The notes: generated from the letters alone by a model not told the origin. A stretch of DNA of 64,000 nucleotides from Minisyncoccota bacterium (GCA_028695015.1 JAQVJR010000002.1:706-64705), one strand, 5' to 3'. Shown: positions 1 through 9,567, counted from the stretch's first letter. Numbers and translations: made by a program.

Positions 1-1
1 A

Positions 2-280
2 ATTTATTCATTAATTAATCCAGAGATTATAAAAACTTCTGCTGAAATGAATATTATGGATGAAGGTTGTTTAAGTGTTCCTGATGTTTTTGGTGAAGTA
101 GAAAGACCAGAGAAAATTGTTATTAAAGCAACTACTCCAGAAGGCAAGAAAATTAAATTCAAAGCCTTTGGTTTATTAGCTAGGGTTTTACAACATGAAA
201 TGGATCATCTAGATGGTATTCTTTTTACAGATAAGGCTAAAACGATTAGGGAAGAATTAAACCAAGCTCCAGCTTTATAA
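2..280 (+). CDS. def: Peptide deformylase, C-terminal part (5' end lies outside the window)
   Basis: EGCLS and HEMDHLDG metal-binding motifs. The frame stays open back to position 2. It sits immediately upstream of fmt, as in the classic def-fmt operon. Confidence 0.85.
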   Translation: MYSLINPEIIKTSAEMNIMDEGCLSVPDVFGEVERPEKIVIKATTPEGKKIKFKAFGLLARVLQHEMDHLDGILFTDKAKTIREELNQAPAL

Positions 281-282
281 TT

Positions 283-1233
283 ATGAATCAATTTGTATTT
301 TTTGGCTCATCAGAATTTTCTAAAATTGTTTTGGATAAATTACTTCAGGCAAAAATGAAGCCAGTTTTAATAGTTACTAACCAACCAAAGCCAAAAGGTA
401 GAAAACAAATCCTTTCCCCTACTCCTGTTCATGTTCTGGCTTTAGAGCATAAGATTCCAGTATTATTGCCTGAAACATTAGATAAAGAATTTATAAATCA
501 AATAAAAGAGATAAAACCAGAATTTATTATACTGACAGCTTATGGAAAGATTATTCCTTCTGAATTATTAGCGATTCCATTAAAAGGGTTTATTAATTTA
601 CATCCATCTCTTTTACCAAAATGGCGAGGGGCAACTCCAATTCAATCTGTTATATTAAACGGAGACATAGAAACTGGAGTTACTTTAATTTTAATGGATG
701 AACAAGTAGATCATGGTCCAATTATTGCCCAATCTGGATTTAAAATTGATAATCTAAGATTGAATTCAGAAGAATTATCAGAAAAATTAGCTGTTATCGG
801 GGCTGAGTTAATTATTCAAACCATGCCTCAATATTTAAAAGGAGAAATTGCTCCTATTATTCAAGATCATTCTCAAGCAACTTTTTGTACAAAAATATTA
901 CCAGCAGATGAAAGAATTAACTGGCAACAAGATAATATTCAAATAGATAGACAAGTTCGTGCTCTTAATCCTGAACCAGGTGCTTATACTAAAGCTATGC
1001 ATTCTCAAAAATATGAGTTAATATTGAAAATAGTAAAAGGTTATTTGGAAAATGATAAATCATTAGAAAAACTACCAATAGGAAAAGTTTTTGATTATCA
1101 AAATAAAATGGCTGTTAAATGTAAAAAAGGTTTTTATGTTATTGAATTAATTAAACCTTCTGGTAAACAAACAATGCCCAGTGATGCTTTTCTCAGAGGT
1201 AATAATTGGATCTTAAATCAAATATTAAAATGA
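283..1233 (+). CDS. fmt: Methionyl-tRNA formyltransferase
   Basis: Fmt signature HPSLLPKWRGATPIQ. Length about 316 aa. Follows def. Ends with a TGA stop. Confidence 0.85.
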   Translation: MNQFVFFGSSEFSKIVLDKLLQAKMKPVLIVTNQPKPKGRKQILSPTPVHVLALEHKIPVLLPETLDKEFINQIKEIKPEFIILTAYGKIIPSELLAIPLKGFINLHPSLLPKWRGATPIQSVILNGDIETGVTLILMDEQVDHGPIIAQSGFKIDNLRLNSEELSEKLAVIGAELIIQTMPQYLKGEIAPIIQDHSQATFCTKILPADERINWQQDNIQIDRQVRALNPEPGAYTKAMHSQKYELILKIVKGYLENDKSLEKLPIGKVFDYQNKMAVKCKKGFYVIELIKPSGKQTMPSDAFLRGNNWILNQILK

Positions 1234-2240
1234 TTGAAACATCAAAAAAATCTTATCTTGTAATAATCTCAGCTATTTTTATAATTCTTATCCTTGCGAT
1301 AACAGTTAACCTAGGTATAAAAAGAAATGGTTCTTTAACTTCTTCGGTAATACAATTTGAACCAGAAATTATTACAGAAAATAATATTAAAAATCATCAA
1401 GAGATAAGTTTTGATATTCCCTTACATATTAATTTAACTAACTTTTATAAATCTTATGGTCAACGGCTTTTAGGTAATGATAAAGTCAGAATTATTAGCC
1501 GAGAACAATGGAAGGCTGATAATCGTTATGCTGATATGAGTTTTATAGAAAAATATTGTGAAGATAATTTTTGTTATTCAGAAGTTTATGATGCAGAAGA
1601 TAGTTTTTCTCAACAAGAATATTGGACAGCAAAAGAATTAGCCTTGAATTATAAACAGAATTTTAAATTAACTGATAGTTTTTTTCTCCAAAGCCAGGAA
1701 AAAGAAAATAAACTAAAATATCATTATCTGCCTGTGGAAGAAATAATTATTCATCATACAGCAGGTAGCTTTACTTTAGAATTTGAAGATTCAAAAAAAG
1801 AAATCCAAAGAATTTATTTAATGCAGGCAGTGCAGAGAAAATGGCAAGATATTGGCTATCATTATCTCATTGATGGTGCTGGTCGTATCTTTGAAGGTAA
1901 TTTAGGAGGTAAATATGCTATTGGTATTCATACATATGGCCATAATAATGCTACTCTTTCTATTGCTTTAATGGGTGATTTTCGTCCAAGGCATAATGAA
2001 TTTAATAATGCAATGCAAACATCTTTAATAAACCTAATACAATATTTAACAGAAGAATATCAATTTGATTTATCAAAACAAGAATTTTCTTTAAGAAAGA
2101 TAGATCTATCTGGTCGGGAAAAAACTGAAAACTTTATTAAAGGCCATCAGGAAGTAGATTTAAAACAAGAGCCAACTGAATGCCCTGGTGTTAATCCTGA
2201 ATATTTAAGAAATCTAATTTATCCTTATTTATTCCAATAA
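1206..2240 (+). CDS. Membrane-anchored N-acetylmuramoyl-L-alanine amidase / PGRP (Amidase_2) domain protein
   Basis: N-terminal TM helix. IIIHHTAG and GYHYLIDGAGRIFEG motifs typical of Amidase_2/PGRP. C-terminal Cys (ECPGVNP). Confidence 0.6.
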   Translation: MDLKSNIKMIETSKKSYLVIISAIFIILILAITVNLGIKRNGSLTSSVIQFEPEIITENNIKNHQEISFDIPLHINLTNFYKSYGQRLLGNDKVRIISREQWKADNRYADMSFIEKYCEDNFCYSEVYDAEDSFSQQEYWTAKELALNYKQNFKLTDSFFLQSQEKENKLKYHYLPVEEIIIHHTAGSFTLEFEDSKKEIQRIYLMQAVQRKWQDIGYHYLIDGAGRIFEGNLGGKYAIGIHTYGHNNATLSIALMGDFRPRHNEFNNAMQTSLINLIQYLTEEYQFDLSKQEFSLRKIDLSGREKTENFIKGHQEVDLKQEPTECPGVNPEYLRNLIYPYLFQ

Positions 2241-2250
2241 GAATATTCAG

Positions 2251-2826
2251 TTATTCTTTAAATACATTTACTTGATATTGATAAATCTCAAAATCAATAT
2301 TTTTCCAGCAACCTTCTTTCATTCCAGCTTTAGAACATAAATGTGAAAGAAATTCTTCAGGGGTTTTTAAATCTTCCCAAACTTGAGGCAAAAAGGTAGC
2401 TTGATGAGCTCCTTTTTTAATTAAGATCCCTGGTTTGTTTTTGTTTAAATGTTTAATTAAATCTTCAGTTTTTGAAAAATCTATCTTTTCTAAAGGTTCA
2501 ATAATAGAAATTTCTATCTTAATATCACTTAGTTCTTCTTTTTTAACAGGTAAAAAACGGGTATCAAATAAAGCACTAGCTAAACTGTTCTCAATTACCA
2601 TTTCAAAAATTGGCTTAATACCTTCAAGGCAACCAATGCAACCTCTTAAATCTTCATTTTTCCAAAGAGAGATAAAAACTCCTTTTTTCTCTTTTAAAGA
2701 ATCTGATAAATCATCTGTTTCTATTTGCAAAATATCCTTGTTTTTAAAATATTTCTCAAGGGTTCTTCGTGATAATTCTAAGAGATATTTTTTATCCTTT
2801 TGTTTCATAAAAGCCAATACTAGCAT
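2251..2826 (-). CDS. AMMECR1 family protein (AmmeMemoRadiSam system protein A)
   Basis: Conserved LRGCIGC motif of the AMMECR1 domain. Adjacent to Memo-like and radical SAM genes. Confidence 0.7.
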   Translation of the reverse strand: MLVLAFMKQKDKKYLLELSRRTLEKYFKNKDILQIETDDLSDSLKEKKGVFISLWKNEDLRGCIGCLEGIKPIFEMVIENSLASALFDTRFLPVKKEELSDIKIEISIIEPLEKIDFSKTEDLIKHLNKNKPGILIKKGAHQATFLPQVWEDLKTPEEFLSHLCSKAGMKEGCWKNIDFEIYQYQVNVFKE

Positions 2827-3601
2827 AACCTACAACCTGGCTTTCTTTATCTGAAAGCCCTTTAACTGTTTCATCTGAATTCATAGCACATAGTAGTTTT
2901 GGTTGCCAGTTTTTTTTAATAGCAATGTTTAATAAAATTTCAATGGGTTTTTTCCCACAAGCATTTCCAAATTCATTAAAACGATCTAAATCATTAGCTA
3001 AAATAGCATCTATCGTAACTTTATCTACCATCTTAGCTTGAGAATAAGGTAAATAATGGCTTAAATCTGAACTGATAATAAGTAGAGTTTTTTCATTAAT
3101 AATAGGCATTAATATCTCAGTTGCCTTTTTAATATCAATATCGCTAATTAATAAAGGAAAAATCTCAAAATCTTTTAAAACCACTTGCAAGAAAGGTAAT
3201 AAAACTTCTAAGCAATGTTCTGGGTGATGAATTTCTGCAGATTCAATAATTTCTTTTTTATTTTTTAATTCTGGAAAATCATTTTTAGATAAAACTTTTG
3301 TTTTGCCTAATGGTGTTTCCCAATAATCTTCTGTGGTGGCTACTAATTCTTCAAAAGCAAAATGATGACTTGGACCTAACAAGATGACTTTATTAAAAGA
3401 ATCGGGTTCTAGTATTTTTAATCCATAAGCAGCTACTGGTCCAGAATAGATATAACCAGCATGAGGTAAAATCAAAGCCCTTATTTGTTCTTTTTGTTTA
3501 CTAATAGTAGCTTTATTTAAAAATTCCTCAATCATTTGCTTGAGTTGTTCAGGATCATTTGGGTAAAATGTTCCAGCTACTATTGGTAATCGTGTTGACA
3601 T
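2792..3601 (-). CDS. MEMO1-family protein (AmmeMemoRadiSam system protein B)
   Basis: Memo-family N-terminus (TFYPNDPEQL...LILPHAGYIYSGPVAAY). Gene order matches the three-gene AmmeMemoRadiSam cluster. Confidence 0.7.
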   Translation of the reverse strand: MSTRLPIVAGTFYPNDPEQLKQMIEEFLNKATISKQKEQIRALILPHAGYIYSGPVAAYGLKILEPDSFNKVILLGPSHHFAFEELVATTEDYWETPLGKTKVLSKNDFPELKNKKEIIESAEIHHPEHCLEVLLPFLQVVLKDFEIFPLLISDIDIKKATEILMPIINEKTLLIISSDLSHYLPYSQAKMVDKVTIDAILANDLDRFNEFGNACGKKPIEILLNIAIKKNWQPKLLCAMNSDETVKGLSDKESQVVGYASIGFYETKG

Positions 3602-3611
3602 GTTATTGATT

Positions 3612-4640
3612 TTAAAAAATTCCTTTTATTTCTGTATTACATTTTGGGCATTTTCCATCTTGTATTTTATTCTCTATCATATCTAAACCCAACCTTTTAA
3701 TTAAAAGAAAATTACATTTAGGGCAATAAGTGCTTTCATATTCTGCATCTGGGGTATTGCCAATATAGACATATTTTAATCCTGCTTGTTTACCAATTTG
3801 ATAAGCTTTAATTAAGGATTCTTTTGGTGTTGAAGATATATCAACCATTTTATATCCTGGATAAAAAGCAGAAATATGCCAAGGAATATTTTCTGAAATA
3901 TTTTTTAAAAACTTAGCTATTTGTTGTAATTCTTTATCAGAATCATTAATTTTAGGAATAATTAATGTGGTTACTTCTAACCAAATACCCTTTTCATGGA
4001 TTTTTTTAATATTTTCTTTTACTGGTTCTAATCGAGCTTTACAGATATTTTTATAAAAGTCTTCAGAAAAACTTTTTAAATCTATATTAATTGCATCTAA
4101 ATAAGGACTGATTAGATTTAATGTTTCTTGACTCATAAAACCATTAGAAACCCAAATATTTTTAATCCCCTTTTCTTTAGCTAATTTCATTGTTTCATAA
4201 GCATACTCTGTCCAAATAGTTGGTTCATTATAAGTATAGGCAATCATTGGAATTTTACTTTCCAAACAATGTTGGACTATAGTTTCTGGCATCCAAGTTT
4301 CTTGTTGTCTTTCATATCCTGTTTGCCTAATAGCATCAATAGTTTTTGGTAATTGAGAAATTTCCCAATTTTGACAAAATTCACAACCAAAATTACAACC
4401 AATAGTGCCTAAAGAAAATATTTTCTCTCCAGGTAGAAAGTGGAAAAGAGGTTTTTTCTCTACAGGCTCTATATTAACGCTAATTGGCTTGTTATGAACT
4501 AATAGATATAGATCCCCTTGTTTGTTCTGTCTGACCCCACAAATGCCTGTTTGCTCTTCATTAACAATGCATTTATGTGAACAAGCAAGGCATTGGACCT
4601 TATTATCTGTTAGTTTTTTATAAAGAATGGCTTTTTTCAT
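3612..4640 (-). CDS. AmmeMemoRadiSam system radical SAM enzyme (PflA-like activase family)
   Basis: CNFGCEFCQN CxxxCxxC radical SAM motif plus an N-terminal extra Cys cluster (CLACSHKC...CGVRQN). Confidence 0.75.
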   Translation of the reverse strand: MKKAILYKKLTDNKVQCLACSHKCIVNEEQTGICGVRQNKQGDLYLLVHNKPISVNIEPVEKKPLFHFLPGEKIFSLGTIGCNFGCEFCQNWEISQLPKTIDAIRQTGYERQQETWMPETIVQHCLESKIPMIAYTYNEPTIWTEYAYETMKLAKEKGIKNIWVSNGFMSQETLNLISPYLDAINIDLKSFSEDFYKNICKARLEPVKENIKKIHEKGIWLEVTTLIIPKINDSDKELQQIAKFLKNISENIPWHISAFYPGYKMVDISSTPKESLIKAYQIGKQAGLKYVYIGNTPDAEYESTYCPKCNFLLIKRLGLDMIENKIQDGKCPKCNTEIKGIF

Positions 4641-4771
4641 AATATACTTTTATTACCTTTATTTATTATATCAAGAATAATCAAAAAGGATAATCTTGCT
4701 AGATTTCTAAAAATCTGGTATTATTACAATTAAATAGAACTTTGAAAATTTACAAAGATTAGGAGGGTAAA

Positions 4772-5116
4772 ATGAGTATTTTGTATAAGATCTTTATGCA
4801 GCCTAAGGAATCTCAACGTAAACCATTAAAAACTAAAAAGCGCAGAGTATTTTTTTATAGAACTTTTCTTTATTCTGAGACCATGGAAAAAGTAGAAGAA
4901 ATGAAAGCAATATTAAAAAAGAAAATGAATCGCACAGATTATGATTATGAAGAAGAGCAAGCAGAGATTTTTAGGAAGATAATGGGAGTGGCATACCAAG
5001 TTATAACTCATGATGTGAAAAGAAGCGGAAATACATATAATTATGTAAAATTCATAACTAAAAGGAAAAACGGGAAGAAAAAGAAAGTAATCAAAGAGTA
5101 TTGTTTAAGTAGGTAA
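4772..5116 (+). CDS. Hypothetical small basic protein
   Basis: ORF with an AGGAGGG RBS and an upstream TTGCTA-N17-TATTAT promoter-like sequence. Lys/Arg-rich. No recognisable domain. Confidence 0.4.
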   Translation: MSILYKIFMQPKESQRKPLKTKKRRVFFYRTFLYSETMEKVEEMKAILKKKMNRTDYDYEEEQAEIFRKIMGVAYQVITHDVKRSGNTYNYVKFITKRKNGKKKKVIKEYCLSR

Positions 5117-5122
5117 TAAGAA

Positions 5123-5148
5123 AAGGGCAATTAAATTGCCCTTTTTTA
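5123..5148. terminator. Bidirectional rho-independent terminator
   Basis: AAGGGCAATT-AA-ATTGCCCTT hairpin flanked by an A-run and a T-run, between convergent genes. Confidence 0.55.
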
Positions 5149-5152
5149 TTTC

Positions 5153-5647
5153 TTAATTTTTGATTTTAGAATTCCAATAAGCTCTGATGATTTTTCTTTT
5201 ATTATTATATGTCCAATGATGGATAACAGGGAAATTATGATAGGTCCATAAACTAACAGCTTTTTCTTTACCAATATAAAATCCAATATGATAATGAAAT
5301 TCTTTTTTTCTATTTTTATCTATGGATAATTCTTTTTCCCAAATAACAACACTGCCAGCAGGCATTTTAGAAGAAATCTTTATTTCTTTCCATTCTGATT
5401 CTTTAATATCTTTTTCTGTGCCTAAAACAGTAAAATGTAATCTTTGAATCAAGTCAAAGAGTTTTAAAACAGAACTGACAAAATAAGCACAAGAAACAGA
5501 GCCATTATCAAGAACATCTTGTTTTTTACCTTTTACCAGACAAAAAGCATTAGCCCACATTTTAGATCCACAGGCATTTTCTATCATTGATAAATAATTA
5601 TCTTTAAACAACAGTGTTAATTCTTTTTTATTTTTAACTGTTTTCAT
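5153..5647 (-). CDS. NlpC/P60-superfamily (papain-fold) protein, putative hydrolase
   Basis: Cys in SCAYFVSS, then GSVVIW...HYHIGFYIGKEKAVS resembling the NlpC/P60 GDLVFF...HVGIYIG His motif, then a later His. No signal peptide. Confidence 0.35.
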   Translation of the reverse strand: MKTVKNKKELTLLFKDNYLSMIENACGSKMWANAFCLVKGKKQDVLDNGSVSCAYFVSSVLKLFDLIQRLHFTVLGTEKDIKESEWKEIKISSKMPAGSVVIWEKELSIDKNRKKEFHYHIGFYIGKEKAVSLWTYHNFPVIHHWTYNNKRKIIRAYWNSKIKN

Positions 5648-5656
5648 ATTTTTAAA

Positions 5657-6076
5657 TTATTTTATATTTATCAAATGAGATTTTAAAAATTTTTCTATAC
5701 CCTCAATTACTTCTTTTTTTAATTCTGCAGGACTGGTGGTAACCCAAATAGCAAAATTATACAAAGCTTGATTATCTACTTCAACCCATTTATTATTTTT
5801 ATATAAAAAAATAAGTAAAGAAGTCATGGCTATTCTTTTATTACCATTTTGAAAAGGGTGGTTTTTAATCATTAGATAAAACAAAATAGCGGCTTTAGAA
5901 ATTAATCCGCTATAAAGATATTTGTTATTAAATTTTTGAAATGGAACGGCTAAACAACTTTCTAAAACACGAGGAAATCTTGTTTCAAATGGCGGAATCG
6001 GTTCATTGAATTCCATAAAGCTTTTAGCTAAATTATGTGCTATATATTTTACTTCAGCTAAAGTAATTATTTTCAT
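5657..6076 (-). CDS. doc: Doc (death-on-curing)/Fic-family toxin
   Basis: HPFQNGNKRIAM matches the Doc variant of the Fic motif (HxFx[DN]GNKR). About 139 aa. Directly downstream of a small HTH gene. Confidence 0.75.
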   Translation of the reverse strand: MKIITLAEVKYIAHNLAKSFMEFNEPIPPFETRFPRVLESCLAVPFQKFNNKYLYSGLISKAAILFYLMIKNHPFQNGNKRIAMTSLLIFLYKNNKWVEVDNQALYNFAIWVTTSPAELKKEVIEGIEKFLKSHLINIK

Positions 6077-6078
6077 AG

Positions 6079-6354
6079 TTATTCCTGCCCTAAGAGCTTG
6101 AGAGTTGTTTTGTATTCTGAGATTGTTTTTTTAATTCCCTTATCTAAAATTGATTTTTGTTTCTCAGTTAAAGCTTTACCTGAAATACTTTCAAATTCTT
6201 TCTTCGGAATAGCAAAATTACGACCAATTCTTGTGGCTTTTAATTGCCCTTTTTTTATTCTTTTTAAAATAGCTTCTCGGCTAATACCCAAAAGCTTGGC
6301 AACTTCACTAACAGTTAAAAACTCTTTATTTTTCATAATATTTTTGATAATCAC
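6079..6354 (-). CDS. HTH (excisionase/MerR-like) DNA-binding protein, putative antitoxin of the Doc module
   Basis: LTVSEVAKLLGISREAILKRIKKGQL helix-turn-helix. 3-bp gap to doc. Operator repeats lie immediately upstream. Confidence 0.6.
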   Translation of the reverse strand: MIIKNIMKNKEFLTVSEVAKLLGISREAILKRIKKGQLKATRIGRNFAIPKKEFESISGKALTEKQKSILDKGIKKTISEYKTTLKLLGQE

Positions 6355-6356
6355 TT

Positions 6357-6411
6357 AATAGCAGGTTATCATATGATAACCACTTTATAGCAGGTTATCA
6401 CATGGTGATTA
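6357..6411. promoter_or_regulatory. Operator: two direct copies of TAGCAGGTTATCA(T/C)ATG, the first inside a perfect 18-bp palindrome GGTTATCATATGATAACC
   Basis: Seen directly in the sequence, 3-57 bp upstream of the antitoxin start. Typical of TA autoregulation sites. Confidence 0.5.
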
Positions 6412-6424
6412 AAATATCAAGTTC

Positions 6425-6955
6425 TTAATTTAAGGACTTTTTTGCTTTTTTCTCTAAATACATTGCCTTATCTGCTATACCTATCATTTCTTGTATAGTT
6501 ATTCCTTGTTTCCTCTCACTAATACCAGCGCTTATATTAAAAGGCATATGTTTTTTAATTCTTTGTAATAATAATTCTGCTCCTTGTTTTGAAGTATAAG
6601 GAAGGGCTATTAAAAACTCATCCCCTCCCCATCTGCCAGCAATATCAGTTTTTCTTAAACCTTTCTTTATAGCTAAGGAAACTTCAATCAAAGCCTTATC
6701 CCCTTCTAAATGTCCTTTAGTATCGTTAATCATCTTTAAATCATCCATATCTATTAAAATAATACTAAAAGGAGTATTATGTCTTTCACTTTTCCATAAT
6801 TCTCTGTTTATTATTTCACTTAAAATTAAACGATTATAAAGTCCAGTTAAAGGATCTTTTAATAGACCTTTTTCTCCGTATTTTAATACAATCCCTATTA
6901 TTTTAAAAAACTCAGATATTTTTTTAAACATATTTGATATATTTTTAATTACCAA
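6425..6955 (-). CDS. Stand-alone GGDEF-domain protein (putative diguanylate cyclase)
   Basis: RWGGDEF motif. LTGLYNR and the substrate-binding region are present. No sensor domain. The start overlaps the DUF2207 stop. Confidence 0.8.
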   Translation of the reverse strand: MVIKNISNMFKKISEFFKIIGIVLKYGEKGLLKDPLTGLYNRLILSEIINRELWKSERHNTPFSIILIDMDDLKMINDTKGHLEGDKALIEVSLAIKKGLRKTDIAGRWGGDEFLIALPYTSKQGAELLLQRIKKHMPFNISAGISERKQGITIQEMIGIADKAMYLEKKAKKSLN

Positions 6956-8793
6956 CTACCACCGCCGCCACCGCCAAATCCTCCTCCACTACCACCACTA
7001 AATCCAGATTGACCACTAGCAGCTGTATGTCCAGTAGCGACAAAGCTTGAATTTAAAGCTGTATTTATAGCTTGCATTCTAGAAACCATAATAATTGAAT
7101 TAAAGCTAGTTCCTTGTGTTCCTTGATACCAATCAGGAATGGCCGCAACAATGTTTTTAAATAAATTAGCCCATTGTTTTTCCACACCAAATAAAATAGC
7201 ATAAGGAAGATATTCAGCAAATTTTTCAGGATGAGCTTCAGGAGAAAAATGGAATTTTACTCTATCACGTTCTACAGTTTTTAAGAATAACTCAAATCCT
7301 TTTATCTTTTCTTTCATTTGCATTCCTTGTTCAGTTAAGCTAGGCATGATTTTAATAAAGATAGAAAAAATTATCATATTTATTAAAAGCCCTCCAAAAG
7401 TACTAAAGATGCTTAAGAAGAAAAATTTATCAAATTTTAATAAAATAAAAGGCAATACAACAAAGCATATAGCTATATAAAAAACTATTATTATAGATTG
7501 CCAGTCTTTAAGTTTTTTAATAAGAGCAAAAGGATTTTCTGGAAATAGGTTTTTATTTGTTAAGTTTTTACCTAAAGATGTTTTAGCTTGATCTAATTCT
7601 GTTTTCATTTTTGTTTGTTTTGAAAAACTTGAAGCATTTTTAAGCTGAGATAAGAAAACTTCATTTTTGCTTTCAAAAATATTATCTAATAAATATTTCT
7701 CATATTTATTTAATACATCTTCTGGTTTTTGTTTATCAGTTTTAATAAACTTCCAATCTGTTGATTTAAAAATCAAAGTCTTTTTTTCTTCTTCTTGAAT
7801 GATAAAATAACCTCTTCGAGCTAAATCTATAAGTGTAGCTGTGGCCATTTTACCTAAATTAAGAGAAGTTTCTGTTAATATAATATGTGCTTCTGCTGGA
7901 GAAATACCTGCTGGGGCTTCATATTCAGCCATGATAGATTTTAAAGATCGTGGGTTGCGTCCTTTTTTCCACCACATAGATGAAAGAAAACCAAAGATAA
8001 GCACAGGAATAAACAATAAAGTGTATAAGAAAACAAGAATAATTTTATTTAATATTGCTGATTCTATTTTAGTTTGAGTGTATTTTTTCTCCACTTCTTG
8101 AACAAATCCCTTTGGCCAACCTATTGCAATTGTTAATCCTTCTTTAGGCTTTAAATCAGAAGTTATAAAAGAAATAACTTTAGCTGAAAGAGCTTTATCA
8201 ATTAAACAATTTTCTTCTCTAGAGCCAGAAACTCCTGTATAGCACTTAGTTTTAAAATCATCTTTAATTGATAATGTATTAAAGAAATTATCTAAAGCAA
8301 AATGAGCTTCTGCATGTTCAATTGGAATTTGCCAATCATTACCAGTGGTATTTAGGAATAATTCATCATATTCATCAAAATAATTAATAATACCCTTAAG
8401 AACATATTTGATAATATAGGTATTTTGCCCACTAATTAATTTATTAGCTGAACCAATCTTAATTACAAAATCATTTCCTTCTTTATAGACTTGATATTCA
8501 ATATTTTTACCATGCTCATCTTGGACTCTAAGAATTTCATAATCCAAAACCAGAGTTTTATCTTCCAAAGGATATTTAAAAGGAATCTGACGAAAAATTC
8601 CATGCTTTTGATTAGAGCCAAAATCATAAACAATAGTTTCTTGAATTTCCACATCAGAGCTTTCTTTAACTAGGATATTAGTTTGAAAACTACGAATGAT
8701 TTCTGTATTATCAGCCAGAACAATATTTTGTCCAATAAAAATACTTCCTGCAAAGGTTATTAAAATTAATAAATTAATTATTCTTTTTTTCAT
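6949..8793 (-). CDS. DUF2207-family membrane protein
   Basis: Signal/TM at the N-terminus, a large extracytoplasmic domain, several TM helices and a C-terminal Gly-rich tail (GGSGGGFGGGGGGSW) characteristic of DUF2207. Confidence 0.55.
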   Translation of the reverse strand: MKKRIINLLILITFAGSIFIGQNIVLADNTEIIRSFQTNILVKESSDVEIQETIVYDFGSNQKHGIFRQIPFKYPLEDKTLVLDYEILRVQDEHGKNIEYQVYKEGNDFVIKIGSANKLISGQNTYIIKYVLKGIINYFDEYDELFLNTTGNDWQIPIEHAEAHFALDNFFNTLSIKDDFKTKCYTGVSGSREENCLIDKALSAKVISFITSDLKPKEGLTIAIGWPKGFVQEVEKKYTQTKIESAILNKIILVFLYTLLFIPVLIFGFLSSMWWKKGRNPRSLKSIMAEYEAPAGISPAEAHIILTETSLNLGKMATATLIDLARRGYFIIQEEEKKTLIFKSTDWKFIKTDKQKPEDVLNKYEKYLLDNIFESKNEVFLSQLKNASSFSKQTKMKTELDQAKTSLGKNLTNKNLFPENPFALIKKLKDWQSIIIVFYIAICFVVLPFILLKFDKFFFLSIFSTFGGLLINMIIFSIFIKIMPSLTEQGMQMKEKIKGFELFLKTVERDRVKFHFSPEAHPEKFAEYLPYAILFGVEKQWANLFKNIVAAIPDWYQGTQGTSFNSIIMVSRMQAINTALNSSFVATGHTAASGQSGFSGGSGGGFGGGGGGSW

Positions 8794-8800
8794 AAAGAAT

Positions 8801-9532
8801 CTACTTTTCTAACTTTTTATCTGCAGCACGATATTGACAATATATGCATCCAGGGCTTGCTTGAGGAGCTTTATCAGAATCTAGGCATTTTTTAGCTTCT
8901 TTGATAGTAGCCTCAACCCAAGAATCATTGCCTTTATAATCAAGGATCTGAATATCAAATTCTAATATTCCATCAAATTTATCTTCACCTGTTTTCCCAT
9001 TACAATAAACAAAATAAGCAATATCTGAGATTTTAAAATTGTTTTTCCTAAATATCCATTGATATATTTCTGCTTGTCTTTTATATCCCTGACGATATTC
9101 AGAATCCATGCTTATTTCTTGAGTGGTACTAGTAGATTTGTAATCAACAATATGTAATTCATTATGAGGATTAATCCAAATATCATCAATGGCCCCAAAA
9201 ATTACAAAATTAGTTGATTTATCAAAATATTGAATACCTTTCCAATTATTACGCCAATCATCAATATTTTCATGTTGATAAGGAACAGCATCTATTTTAT
9301 ATTTTTTCATTAAAGAATGGGCTTCACCTTTTTTTCTTAAAATATCAAATTCTTTTTTTAATAAAGTATCTACAGCTTGATTTAAAGAATAAGGAAACAT
9401 TGGTGGCCTAGAAACACCTAATCGCCTATCTAAATAAAAGCATCTAGGACAGTTAACAAATAAATCTATCTTTGTACGACTTAATTTGAAAGGTTTTTTA
9501 TCTTTTGGATCATAAATATTTTTTCTAGCCAT
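8801..9532 (-). CDS. PD-(D/E)XK nuclease with Cys4 cluster (Cas4/RecB-like fold), stand-alone
   Basis: N-terminal CPRC, central GAIDD...IVDYKS (D..D.K nuclease core) and C-terminal CIYCQY, as in Cas4-like Fe-S nucleases. 7 bp upstream of the DUF2207 gene. Confidence 0.5.
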   Translation of the reverse strand: MARKNIYDPKDKKPFKLSRTKIDLFVNCPRCFYLDRRLGVSRPPMFPYSLNQAVDTLLKKEFDILRKKGEAHSLMKKYKIDAVPYQHENIDDWRNNWKGIQYFDKSTNFVIFGAIDDIWINPHNELHIVDYKSTSTTQEISMDSEYRQGYKRQAEIYQWIFRKNNFKISDIAYFVYCNGKTGEDKFDGILEFDIQILDYKGNDSWVEATIKEAKKCLDSDKAPQASPGCIYCQYRAADKKLEK

Positions 9533-9567
9533 AATTTATTTTAATTTAGGTTTTTATAAACAAACAT

